NCBI GenBank assembly: GCA_040285855.1 | Contig: JAUFOQ010000003.1 | Span: forward strand, 1-64,000 | Source: Eukaryota sp. GEM-RC1 | Taxonomy: Eukaryota | Direction of reading: 5' to 3' | DNA: 64,000 bases | Shown: positions 13,902 to 27,063 of the stretch, one piece after another | Layout of the letters: the number at the start of each line of letters is the position of its first letter | Position numbering within the stretch: the stretch's first letter is position 1 | The notes under the pieces: model-generated | Seen by the model: only the letters and a program-made list of their open reading frames with translations | Told to the model about the DNA's origin: nothing | Databases searched by the model: none | Made by a program: the position numbers and the translations under genes

Positions 13902-14994
13902 GTTACCCAAGAACTTATGGTTTCCCATAAGGTGCTCAGAGGGTCGTATGTTAACGCCTCCAAATCCCTAGTCGGCATAGTTTATGGTTGAGACTACGAC
14001 GGTGTCTAATCGTCTTCGATCCCCCAACTTTCGACCTTGATTAATGAGAACATCTTTGGCAAATGCTTTCGCAGTAGTTAGTCATCCGGCAATCCAAGAA
14101 TTTCACCTCTGACACCGGAGTACTAATGCCCCCAACTGTCCCTATTAATCATTACTCTAGTCCTCAAAACCAATAAAACAGAACCAAAGTCCTATTCTAT
14201 TATTCCATGCTAATGTATTCAATTGCATAAAGCCTGCTTTGAACACTCTAATTTTTTCAAAGTAAACGGTCTAAATTCAATAACCACCGCCGAAGCAAAT
14301 GATCATTGTCCTTAGACTTAAGAGCTTGCCATCCAACAGGTTAGACCCATCGGACAACAAACTCTGACTTTCAACTACGGACGATTTAAACGCAGCAATT
14401 TTAAGATACACTACTAGAGCTGGAATTACCGCGGCTGCTGGCACCAGACTTGCCCTCTAGTAGCTCCTCGTTAAAGGTTTTAAGTTGTACTCATTCCAAT
14501 TACGAACTCAAAAGAGCCCAGTATTGTTATTTTTTGTCACTACCTCCTCGTGTTGAGATTGGGTAATTTTCGCGCCTGCTGCCTTCCTTGGATGTGGTAG
14601 CCGTTTCTCAGGCTCCCTCTCCGGAATCAAACCCTAATTCCCCGTTACCCGTCATAACCACCGTAAGCCACTACCTTACGGTTTAGTTGATAGGGCAGTG
14701 ATTTAAGCGATATGTCGCCGTCCGAAGACATGCGATCAGCATAGTTATTATGAATCACCAAAGACCTGTTGCCAGGATTGGTTTTGTATCTAATAAATGC
14801 ATCACTGTTGCCAATGATTGAGTGCATGTATTAGCTCTAGATTTACTACGGTTATCCAAGTAGTAAGGCACTATCAAATAAACTATAACTGATTTATTGA
14901 GCCATTCGCAGTTTCGGAGAAAACTCCTGAACTTAGACATGCATGGCTTAATCTTTGAGACAAGCATATGCCTACTGGCAGGATCAACCAGGTA
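13212..14994 (-). rRNA. 18S rRNA, unit 1
   Basis: Starts TACCTGGTTGATCCTGCCAGTAG, ends GTAGGTGAACCTGCGGATGGATCATT; contains GTGCCAGCAGCCGCGGTAA. Confidence 0.97.
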
Positions 14995-15519
14995 TCATCA
15001 GTGATAGCCAATCATCTTGCGACGACTGACTTCAAAGCTATGACATCCTGTTTTAAATCAACCATCAGATGGTCGATTCGTGTTGATCATTTGATCTTTT
15101 CACATGTCCCAACTAGTAGCCTGATAACCACTAATCGTTCCATATGATGTACCTATAGATAGATTGCATGAACTTCAATTCATCTTCTTTCAGTACAGTG
15201 GGTGCATTCAAACCTTAATGTTTCCATCTTGGCTTTCGTACAACACCATTTTGTTACCGAAGTAACAGGGGTCATTCGAACAAAAATCCAATACAACATT
15301 GATAAACATTGTAAAAGACCATGTAAGAAGACATGACTTTAGTATACCTAACCGAAATCAGAATTACTCTGACATCTGAGAGAGGTACACCCTACATATA
15401 TGCCAAGTTTTTCATTTATATACCCTTTTACCAACAATGACTCGGATGACCATACCTAAATAGCTCAAATCCGCAATAAAAATGGTCCCAAAAAACTTTC
15501 AAAAAAAATCAGAAAAACT

Positions 15520-15600
15520 TGTAACTTTTTCTGGGGGCCAAAAAGTTCGGAACTTTTCTGGGGTAGGGGCCAAAAAGTTTGGAACTTTTTTGGGGGTCAT
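15520..15600. repeat. Short spacer subrepeats (aacttttctgggggccaaaaagtt-like) upstream of the 5' ETS; 3 copies here, 2 at about 27590-27636
   Basis: Visible tandem duplication with a copy-number difference between units. The position is typical of Pol I promoter-proximal repeats (inference). Confidence 0.6.
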
Positions 15601-18217
15601 TTGAGTTGGTTTTTTCACGATGAAAACTGGTTGGGGTCTTTTTGACTCGACTTGGTATTACGTTTGTAATTGATTATTTGCACTAAATAAAGGATAGAAT
15701 TGTATTTTTTGTAAAATTTGGAATAGTTGATGGTTATCGATTGATTGATGACCTGGTATGATTGTTGACTGTCATAGGGGTCAAAAATGATTCCGATGGA
15801 TTTAAGATGTCCCAAAGGTATCTTTTTGAATGTTGTTGTGTAACTAGTGGTAGAGGTGCAATCACAATCAAATTTAGGTCAAAAATGATTTTCTCCGAGA
15901 ACAGCTCATGACAGTCAATCATGTTGTACACACCGTCATGAACATCCCCTTGCCCATGTTTGTATGAAGTTAGAACGGTGGAACATGTCTAGAGGCTGTG
16001 CACGAGTGTAAAGACTGGTAAAAGTGTCGAAATCGTGATTACTTAGGAGTTGAGCTCCTTTCGATACTTTTAACAATTACCAGCATAATCTATGCATACG
16101 ATAACCTAATAGTACTGTTAACAGCATCAGTTGAATTAGTTTCATCTTAACTCCAGTAGTGTTTGAATATTGGTCAAGTTCAATTGATTCTCCAGCTTGA
16201 CTAGTGATACATTTTTGATTTCTTCTTTACTACAGTTATGTACCATACTAATATGCAAATGGCACACCTACTGGTGCATGATCATATGATTGTAGGAAGA
16301 AGTTGTTGTATAAGTATGTGATTTCAACTTACTACTCGTAAACTATCATGTAAAAGGGGGACATTGGATTCTCTTAGTATACATTCTGTACAGCTAGTGT
16401 ACACACACATTATAGTAACCCAACAGTACTGGATCGCCTCTCAAGTTGACATGGTGAATTAATTATTTTAGTCAAAATAGTTAAATTCTATCTTTCAGTG
16501 GTTACTTTGGAATTGTCTATGACTCTGGTATAGTGTTACTATGGTGGTGTTCATTAGTCATACAACAATCAAAATCATCATGAAGATCGACAAAGAGCAG
16601 TAGTATGGTCAAATTTGAAAATGAACAAAACCACTTCTACAACACTTCAAAGTTGTTTTCACATGCTCACACAAGAGTAGAATCAGTATCAATGTCAAAC
16701 ACCAAAAGTCAATCAAAATTGTATCACAGTCAATCAAACATCATTCACAGCAATTATATGCCACTACATCACGTAAATCCAAAATATGAAAAATCAACAC
16801 CATCTAGTCCAAAAGAAACAATTAAAACAGTATATCAGTACATTGGTAGATCGTTTCTACATCAACACAACACTTTTACAAACAATGACTATTACCACTG
16901 TAATACAATGTAAACTATCAATATTGACCCTAATGGATCAACTCAAGTCTATATATTTTTGAAACTTTTCACCTCAACTATAGTGACAAACTGACCATGT
17001 ATAAAATGTTGACCAAAGTACATGTGAAAAATAAAAAGTCTTTGAAAGTTGATAAATGTTATACCAATGGGTTGTTTACATCGTTTAGATGATGTATTTG
17101 TAATATCAGTGATATTGGTTGGTAAAGTGTATGGTCTTTAGTTATTGGTAATTTTGAAGTGTACATGAAAGTTGTAAATTTCCACTTTTAACACCTTAAC
17201 TGATGATCTTGAGAAGTTATATATTGGTTTGGAATCAATTTTATCTGAGTCGAATGTTTTTCATTTTGACTTGACTTAGTACTAGTGTATGAGTATCAAA
17301 GTGACAAAATGAATGTTATGGATATTGAACAGTTGTACTAGTAGTAGTTGTAGTATCACTGTAGTAGTGTTCACAGTGAACATAAGTTGTTGAATTAAAT
17401 TCTGTGGTAAAAAGTGGTCATTGGTGGATTTTGTTTTGGCAGTCCTTTGATTTCACATTGGTTTAATTTGTTTTTGATTTTATAGCAGTGTGTAGTGGTT
17501 TGATAGTTAACAAGTGTACATTTCAAATTAGGTTTGTTCAAGTCAAGTTGTCAATGTTTGGTATATAATGAGTATTTTGGTATTAAAATATGAGTCACTT
17601 GAGCACTAGTTTTGATCATTATATAGTGGTTAAGTAAGTGTTTTTGTATAATGTGGTTGATGTAAAAATTTTAAATTTAATATGTTTGATTTCTATATTT
17701 ATTACTTTAATGTATGTAATTGTGTTGTAATTCGTTGAGATTGAGTTAATCGATATAGTTTTTGAATCCTCATAGACAGAATGATGATACATGTGGGTGT
17801 GTATAACAATCAATCAATTTTGATTGGTACCAAGATTTAAGCTCAATATTGGTTCTACTTACTACCTTGAGTTTTGTTTACGTGTTTAGACTTGTTTGTT
17901 GGATAGTGTAGTATGTGAACTGCTGGTTGAAGTTACACATGGTGATTATAAAGTTGGTGTATCTGATAATAAACGAATTATTAATGTTTATTAAAAGTAT
18001 TACTAATATTTTACAACAATATTAGTCGAATTTTTGAATCTTTTGCTTTTTGATTGTACTAATGATACTGTCTGTGTGTTATCATTTGTTGTACAACTGA
18101 AATTCAATTTAACATCCATTTATTATACAGTTGTAATAAGTTTTCAAAATTTTCAACCAAACATCACATAAATCACTACCCAAAGGTACAAAATAACTAC
18201 CCAATAACAAACAAAAA

Positions 18218-18336
18218 GAATGCAGCACTCAGTGTTCGCTTGTGGTCTCCCACCAAACTACTAACTAAGCCTTTGGCCACTTAACTTCGGAATTCGGAAT
18301 GGGATCCGGTGCTATGGACCAAGTATGGCCGCATTC
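18218..18336 (-). rRNA. 5S rRNA, copy 2
   Basis: Identical to copy 1. Confidence 0.95.
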
Positions 18337-19703
18337 ATGGGTTACATTGTGATTGTGGGTTTAAGCTTGATGAGTAGTATACTATTGGTGTGGTAATACT
18401 AATACACTTGGTATGTGTTTTGTACTTTTGTACTACATTGAGTCATGTTCATAGTAGTAGATAGATTGTACATGGTGATGTTGTTACTATGACACAATTT
18501 TGATACAAACTTATAACCTTTAGAAGTTGAGTCTGACCAATTATCTTGTATATGTGTGACATAGAATTACACTGTTTTAACAATATGTTTATGTTTGGTA
18601 GTATGTGGTATTGTTAATGTTGTGTGATTCAAAATTTGTATAGTTTCAAGTGTCAATATTAAGATGTATGTAACACATGTGTAGTCTAGTGATATGGTGT
18701 AGTAGTAGTACAGATGTTTTGTCATTAACATTTGTGATTTTGCATAGATTTATAAAACTATTGGTACAAGACATTGCTAAATATTTGACATTATTTAAAA
18801 TTTGTCAAACTCAAGTAACACTGTTTTATTCGATTTGATGTGAATATGAGTACTGTAAGTGGTGATTATGTATAGTGTATAGTATGTGTCATGTATCAGT
18901 GTGTGACTTGTACTTACATGTATAAGTCTATTTGATATTGGTGTACTATTTATGTAATTGTGATTAAGACTGTGATTATCAGATAGATTTAAGTCCATCA
19001 ATTACATTTGATTAACTCTTTGTCATTTGATTTAGTACTATACTATGTATGTATGTAGTACTATGGTACATGTTTAGCTATATGTCTATCTCATCTACAT
19101 CACTATCATTATGATTGTGAATGTGATGAAGGTATGTTGTGAATCACTCTAATCAATTTTGATTGGTTTAGTGATTGTGATCGGCAATTACTAGTACAAC
19201 TACACGCCAATGACTACTCTATACTACACTATTAGTGTTAGAGTCATGACACTACATGTACATAACAATTGATCTGATTTTATGAAACTCCAATTACTAC
19301 AATTGATGATTGTCTAGTTGATTACAACCACTATACCAACTAATCCATGACACCCATGGACCAATCAAAATTGATTGAAAAAATGTTTTCACTTGGTATG
19401 CTGAAACTGCCTAAAATCAGCTCAAAATGACCCTCAATCCGTCTCTCTACGTGATTTTTTTGAAAAAGTGATTTTGATTGGTATACCAGATCTACTAAGA
19501 ATCGACTGAAAGTGACCCACAATCAACGAATTTACATGATTTTCGACTAACAATCAGATTTTGACTCCCATGTAACTCCTCACCAATCAAACTTGAACAC
19601 TTCTAATTGCTTGTACAGGTCCCCTACGGGGCCCTAGTACCCTATGTAGTACTCCAAGTTCCCAAAAAAAGGCTCTAAAAAAATGACCATTTGAAGGCCA
19701 ATG

Positions 19704-19792
19704 GGATTGCGTTTACAAAATTGTCTCTAACTCGAGCCGCCGCAAGTACATCACGCGGCTCCCGAGTTACAACAATTTTGTAAACGCAATCC
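19704..19792. repeat. Long inverted repeat in the spacer (also 31741-31829; degraded at about 3810-3894)
   Basis: ggattgcgtttacaaaattgt / acaattttgtaaacgcaatcc 21-bp perfect arms, with inner taactcg/cgagtta and agccgc/gcggct pairings. Confidence 0.85.
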
Positions 19793-21550
19793 GAACTAGA
19801 CTTATCACCATCGTGCTAGGTACTACATAGTGTAGTACTCAAGTCCACTTCGACTTGGTGTAGGGTACTTCAAACGAGTTCCCCACAAACCCCTAAAACA
19901 TGATGATCCCATTTTACATTTGTCACAAGAAGAAACTTTTTATAAAAAAGTTTAAACATTTCCCCCCAATAGGAGGCTCTGAGGCCAGGTACTAAAAGGG
20001 CGACTACTCCTCTATCACCAATGCAGTGCACCTATTATCCAAAGGCACAGGGCCCTCAAACAATAAACACAACAACACAGCGAACGAAGATGTCTAAGCG
20101 GAATTGTCTAAGATCCATTGGTTACCCAACATCTCTCAGACTATCCTCGTGCAACCAGTTTTATGGCGTAGAAACACGGCAGATCGATAAATCAATCTAC
20201 AACTAACCCTATTACAGTCCCAGTACCATGCAGGACTTACTTAAAAATTAGTCAATGACTTTCACATAGTATCATTGACTTTGGTAGCATACAGTTGGTC
20301 GGTTACTGTTTGTAGTGTATACACAACATTCTGTGTTTGTACCACTTTATTGTTCCCATCAAATCCATCACCAGTTTCAGCACTAAGTACTACTGTGGTG
20401 TTGTCTTTAATGGGTAAAGTAGTCGTTGACTTGTCGATATAAAAATAATAAAGACTCGTCCTTTGACAATGTACTGCTACTACCGACAGTCAATGTCAAT
20501 TAAACTCAAAAAAATCTTAGTCGTTTTTACGAAATTTATAGTTTTCACTATTGTTTCCTACTAAGTGTATTCGAGTGTGGTACTGTCGTTTGATCCACGG
20601 CACAGACATGAACCATCAAGTACCATGGTTGAGACATGCACTAGTCACTTGGACGTGCATTTGGACTGTCAGTATTAGATACCAACAGTCTTGGCTTATA
20701 GATATGGTTCTAAAACAGAACCACTATATACCTTAAGAGTATTAAGACTCTAGTTACTACACAGGAGTCTCTACTCTTTGGTGTGTCATCATTGGTCTTA
20801 GTCAATGATACTTCAGCCTTAGTCATTACAACCAAGGTCGAACCACCATTTATGCAACCAAGACCTAAACACACATGCATCTTATCATCTTAGCATTTTG
20901 AATAACCAAGAATGACAAAGACACATAGTCTCAACCATCTCAACCATTAGCTACTTAGATACATACATACTTATATACAATCTTGAGCAACTATGATTGG
21001 ACTCAACTATGACTAACTCATTGTATGTTCACCACACAACGAATCAGCCAACTCTTGTTGAGTTAGCATTGAACCCCTTCCCAAGTGGTCCAATTAAAGA
21101 GAGAAGGCATGTTTAACCACGCCTTCTCCAGAACTAGGAACATCAGATGAGCCTCAGTAACTCGTGTCAATACAACACTTGTACACGTACAGCACTGCGT
21201 TCCATATCTGAGTCGTCTACTCAGGTTCCACGCACCAGCAAGTCTTCATAGTTTCAATGATCAATGACTAGTCTTCGACCAATCACCAATCTCACTAGTG
21301 TGATATTGGGGCGATGCAAGCACCACCCTAATCTTTATCGATTAGTTCTGCTGGACAATATGTGGATCTTTCTAGGCTGGATACTAACTTAGAGGCGTTC
21401 AGTTATAATCCAACATACGTAGCTTCGCAGCAATGCCTTTTCAGACAACCGCATAAACCAACTGTATGATGCAAGGGTTCCTCTCGTACTGACTTGCATT
21501 ACTATTAGATCCACTAACAATCAGTAGGGTAAAACTAACCTGTCTCACGA

Positions 21551-21949
21551 CAGGTTAGTAGTTCTGTATTTTAGTTTCTTTAGATTCTATTTACATAATA
21601 AATACCTGTCTCACGAAGACAGAGGTCCACCATGGTCCGGGTGGTAACCGACTTCAACGGCCTAGCATCATCGTGAGTTCGACTCCCTATGATCGTAAAC
21701 ATTTTTAAATACCAAGGAAGGTTTAAAAAAGAAAAGCCAAAATTTCATTTCAGATTTGGTTTCTGAAAACAATTCTGAAATTTTTGGTAAGTTACAAAAG
21801 CGAAGCTGGAGAAGAGTTTTGCCTAAGTAACTATGTTTTAATCAATTTTATATATATGTCGTTTTCGTACAGAATTCAATTAATTATGAATTTCATTTAT
21901 TAGTTAGTTTAGTTTTCTTTTAGAATTTTTTCAAATTTTAATAATAAAT

Positions 21950-21962
<13 letters not shown>
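21551..21962 (+). mobile_element. Two tandem inserts at 28S site B: 21551-21603 and 21617-21949 (tRNA-like head plus LINE tail)
   Basis: TSD ACCTGTCTCACGA at 21538, 21604 and 21950; inserts end AATAAAT. Confidence 0.9.
21626..21706 (+). ncRNA. tRNA-derived Pol III-type head (A box, B box, T5)
   Basis: TGGTCCGGGTGG (21633-21644), GAGTTCGACTC (21675-21685), CCG-acTTCaa-CGG anticodon-like loop, TTTTT (21702-21706). No canonical acceptor stem. Confidence 0.6.
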
Positions 21963-21989
<27 letters not shown>

Positions 21990-22091
21990 TTAATGGGTGA
22001 ACAATCCAACGCTTTGAGAATTCTGCTTCTCAATGATAGGAAGAGCCGACATCGAAGAATCAAAAAGCAACGTCGCTATGAACGCTTGGCT

Positions 22092-22134
<43 letters not shown>

Positions 22135-22488
22135 ATCTAAAAGATCTTTATAAATAAAGGATCGTTAGGCCACAATTTCTTGGTTTGTATTCGTACTGAA
22201 AATCAAAATCAAGTGAGCTTTTGCCCTTATACTCTACGTGAGATTTCTGTCCTCACTGAGCTCACCTTAGGACACCTCCGTTATTATTTTGGAGATGTGC
22301 CGCCCCAGCCAAACTCCCCATCTGATAATGTCCTCAAATCCAATCACACCGAAGTGCTTAGGTCTTGAAACAGGTAAACCTGTCTCGGATTAATTGAGTG
22401 AGCAAACCAATGTCAAGAGTCAGGGTGTTTCATTGTCGACCGAAGTCTCCCCTGTACACTACACCTCCTGAATCAGTTCACAATATCA

Positions 22489-22526
<38 letters not shown>

Positions 22527-22532
22527 GATTTA

Positions 22533-22566
<34 letters not shown>

Positions 22567-22590
22567 CTAGTAGGTAGGGACAGTGCGAAC

Positions 22591-22623
<33 letters not shown>

Positions 22624-22624
22624 G

Positions 22625-22669
<45 letters not shown>

Positions 22670-24453
22670 TGTTTACCCGTGCTTGATTGAATCTCTTCAC
22701 AATGACATTCAGAGCACTGAGCAGAAATCACTTTCTGTCATCACCGTTTCCGGCCATCAGAAAGCTTTGTTTCGATTAAACAGTCGGGTTCGCTTTGTCC
22801 GTTACAGTTCTAGGTTGATCTTTAATTGCACAGAAGTTATCCCAACAGGTCCAGCTTTGCCAACAGCCCAGAGTTGCCTCCAAGCCGTCGACTCCACCTT
22901 CACTGCCAGGGCCTCCATACAAGACCCCTAGAGCCAATCCTTATCCCGAAGTTACGGATCTATTTTGCCGACTTCCCTTACCTACATTATGCTATTGACC
23001 AGAGGCTACACACCTTGGAGACCTGATGCGGTTATCGGTACGGACATTGATGAAGTACTCGCCCCTAGATTTTCAAGGGCCGTGAAAGATACACCAGACA
23101 CTACAATTAAGCAGTGCTCTTTCCGCGTTACCTCCATTTCTCCAGCTAAGCTGATTCCATGGACGCTACACAGTTAATAAGAAAAGATAACTCTTCCTGG
23201 GATCCTTCCCGGCATCTCTAAGTTTGATTGTGTTACCACTGCACACCCATCAATGGTGCAGGAATATTAACCTGCTTCCCTTTCCACGTGATAGGACATA
23301 AATGCCCTCTCCTAAGAGTTAACCCGCGTGTTAGGACCGACTAACCCATGGCAGAATACCTTTACCATGGAACCCTACTCCACTTCGGTCAACAAGATTC
23401 TAACTTGTTTATTTGCTACTACCACCAAGATCTGTACTGGAGGCTGCTCCAGTCCACCTCACGATGAACCTTCAACGCAACCCCCACACCTCCCTACACA
23501 TTGAGGCATCAAATACCTCAATGGACATGTATAGGTGGCATACTTTAGCGCCATCCATTTTCAGGGCTAATACATTTGGCAGGTAAGTTGTTACACACTT
23601 CTGAGCGGATTCCGACTTCCATGGCCACCGTCCTGCTGTCTAAATGTATCAACACCTTTTGTGGTTTCTAGGTGAACGTGCACATTAGGCACCTTAACGT
23701 GACGTCCGGTTCATCCCGCATCGCCAGTTCTGCTTACCAAAAATGGCCCACTAAGAACTCCAATTCAAACGCCACAATCACAAAAGTATTGCAGAGTGTC
23801 TTGCCCATTTAAAGTTTGAGAATAGGCTAAGAGCATTGCGCCCCTAGTACCTCTAATCATTAGCTTTACCGGACAAAACTAACACGAGCTCCAGCTATCC
23901 TGGGGGAAACTTCGGGAGGAACCAGCTACTAGCCGCTTCGATGAGTCTTTCGCCCCTATACCCAAATTCGACGAGTGATTTGCACGTCAACATCGCTGCG
24001 GACTTCCACCAGAATTTCTCCTGGCTTCATCCTACTCAGGCATAGTTCAGCGGCTTTCGGGTCGTATCCGTACTGCTCATACGCGGATCTCTTTACAAGA
24101 ACCGGTTGGAGTTGCAAGCCGAAGCCATCACTCCATGAAATTACTTTCATTGCGCCCTCAGGTTTTTACACCCTACGACTCGCAGTAAAGATACACTCCT
24201 TGGTCCGTGTTTCAAGACGGGACAGTTGGACCCTTTATATTGGAGTCTCGGCCGAAGCCGTATACCTGCCTCCAGAAGAATGTCAATGCCAAGGCTATAA
24301 CACCACTAACAACCGAAGTCATCAATGGCTACCTTCCTCAACACATTCAAACTCCCAAAGGCACTCCAATTCCGACAACCGAAGCTGTCTACTGTGGGGG
24401 GCCAACCGCTTATCCTATTAGTGATTTCAGGTACTTTTAACTCTCTCTTCAGA

Positions 24454-24484
<31 letters not shown>

Positions 24485-24996
24485 GAACTATCGGTCTCCA
24501 ACTATATTTAGCTTTACGGGAATCTTACCCCGCATTTAACGCTGCATTTCCAAACAGCGCGACTCTCGGAACACCAACGGTGATTCAGTCATTCGATGTC
24601 ATGTACGGGATTTTCACCCTCCACGATACCCTTTTCCAAGGGTTTGTACACCGAGGACCAAACGCTGGAGTCCTTAGACCACATGTCGTCACAGCCAAAA
24701 GGCCATGAAGATTTAGTCTTGAGCTTTTTCCTGTTCGTTCGCCACTACTAAGGAAATCATAGTTATTTTCTTTTCCTCCCCTTATTGATATGCTTAAGTC
24801 CAGGGGGTACTCCTACTTGAAATCAGGCCATTTTTAATGGTTAGGACCGAGATCCTCAACTACACATCAGTAAATAATCAAGCTATTGCAAAAGTTGCCT
24901 TCAACAACAGTAATGACCATCAACAGTCAGTACAGAAGATGTATTTAAGATCAGAAGATATACTTCAAACCCAATCAACCCGAAGGTTAAAGTGCA

Positions 24997-25160
24997 TACG
25001 ACACTGATTCAAGTATACCCTAACAACGCCGAAGCATTGAAAGGGTGCCATGTGCGTTCAAAATTTCGATGTTTCACAGGTTCTGCAATTCGCATTACGT
25101 ATCGCATTTCGCTGCGTTCTTCATCGATCTTGGAGCCGAGACATCCATCACTAAGAGTCT
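24997..25160 (-). rRNA. 5.8S rRNA, unit 2
   Basis: Identical to unit 1. Confidence 0.93.
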
Positions 25161-25281
25161 TTTAATTTCAAACACTGTAAACAGCGTCTAAAAAGGTTTT
25201 TAAATTTTATAATAAATGAATTGGTTCGTTATTAAGGTTAAGTTATAGTGAAGCTCAACTTGCGTCAAGCAACACGTCGAC

Positions 25282-25414
25282 AATGATCCATCCGCAGGTT
25301 CACCTACGGATACCTTGTTACGACTTCTCCTTCCTCTAAATAGTAAGATTCACCCAATTTTCCCACCAGACCTTGCTTTGCAGCTTGATCCAGCGAGTCC
25401 AAAGGTTTCACCTC

Positions 25415-25466
<52 letters not shown>

Positions 25467-25903
25467 TTCAGTGCATGCTGATGACATGCACTTACAAGTT
25501 ATTCCTCGTTCAAGACCCATAATTGCAAGGGTCTATCCCAGTCAAGACAGACATTCTCAAGATTACCCAAACTTTTCAGTTAAGGACAAACTCGTTGAAT
25601 CTGCCATTGTAGCGCGCGTGCGGCCCAGGACATCTAAGGGCATCACAGACCTGTTATTGCCTAAACCTTCCTCTGTGTAAAACCACAGCAGTCTCGCTAA
25701 GAAGAACAACCTATCCGAAAATAAGCTATCCTATTTAGCGACTTAGATCTCGTTCGTTAACGGAATTAACCAGACAAATCACTCCACCAACTAAGAACGG
25801 CCATGCACCACCACCCATAGAATCAAGAAAGGTCTTTCAATCTGTCAATCCTCCCTGTGTCCGGACCTGGTGAGTTTCCCCGTGTTGAGTCAAATTAAGC
25901 CGC

Positions 25904-25987
<84 letters not shown>

Positions 25988-26097
25988 GCGATTTCTCTGG
26001 AGGTGCGGACAGAGTCATAAAGTTAACATCTGCCCATCCCTAGTTGGCATCGTTTATGGTTAAGACTACGACGGTATCTGATCGTCTTCGATCCCCT

Positions 26098-26147
<50 letters not shown>

Positions 26148-27063
26148 AGTTCGTCTTTCACAAATCTAAGAATTTCACCTCTGACTGTAAAATACGAATG
26201 CCCCCAACTGTCCCTATTAATCATTACTTCGGTCCTAGAAACCAACAAAATAGGGCCAAAGTCCTATTCTATTATTCCATGCTAATGTATTCACAGCGTA
26301 AGCCTGCTTTGAACACTCTAATTTTTTCACAGTAAACGGTCTAAATTCAATAACCACCGCCGAAGCAAATGATCATTGTCCTTAGACTTAAGAGCTTGCC
26401 ATCCAACAGGTTAGACCCATCGGACAACAAACTCTGACTTTCAACTACGGACGATTTAAACGCAGCAATTTTAAGATACACTACTAGAGCTGGAATTACC
26501 GCGGCTGCTGGCACCAGACTTGCCCTCTAGTAGCTCCTCGTTAAAGGTTTTAAGTTGTACTCATTCCAATTACGAACTCAAAAGAGCCCAGTATTGTTAT
26601 TTTTTGTCACTACCTCCTCGTGTTGAGATTGGGTAATTTTCGCGCCTGCTGCCTTCCTTGGATGTGGTAGCCGTTTCTCAGGCTCCCTCTCCGGAATCAA
26701 ACCCCAATTCCCCGTTACCCGTCATAACCACCGTAAGCCACTACCTTACGGTTTAGTTGATAGGGCAGTGATTTAAGCGATATGTCGCCGTCCGAAGACA
26801 TGCGATCAGCATAGTTATTATGAATCACCAAAGACCTGTTGCCAGGATTGGTTTTGTATCTAATAAATGCATCACTGTTGCCAATGATTGAGTGCATGTA
26901 TTAGCTCTAGAATTACCACGGTTATCCAAGTAGTAAGTACTATCGCATAAATTATCACTGATTTAATGAGCCATTCGCAGTTTCGGAGAAAACTCCTGAA
27001 CTTAGACATGCATGGCTTAATCTTTGAGACAAGCATATGCCTACTGGCAGGATCAACCAGGTA
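25282..27063 (-). rRNA. 18S rRNA, unit 2 (patchily divergent from unit 1)
   Basis: Same termini as unit 1; differs over about 25760-26330 and 26910-26970. Confidence 0.95.

Larger units (their letters stand above)
21128..24830 (-). rRNA. 28S (LSU) rRNA, unit 2, interrupted at 21551-21962
   Basis: Same motifs as unit 1. The 3' end is approximate. Confidence 0.95.

Noticed and set aside
6888..14967. Short ORFs overlapping rRNA genes
   Set aside because: Shadow translations of rRNA sequence, excluding those within 8648-11860.
15385..15430. Pol I transcription start (ATATATGTAGGG on the minus strand)
   Set aside because: Plausible position, but Pol I promoters are lineage-specific and it cannot be supported without 5' mapping.
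20200..20215. CTAACCCTA resembling a telomerase template or telomeric seed
   Set aside because: A single 9-mer with no tandem array or supporting structure that I can verify.
21626..21697. Functional tRNA-Glu gene or HDV-like ribozyme
   Set aside because: Acceptor and T stems do not pair canonically, and I could not build the HDV double pseudoknot; kept only as a tRNA-like head.
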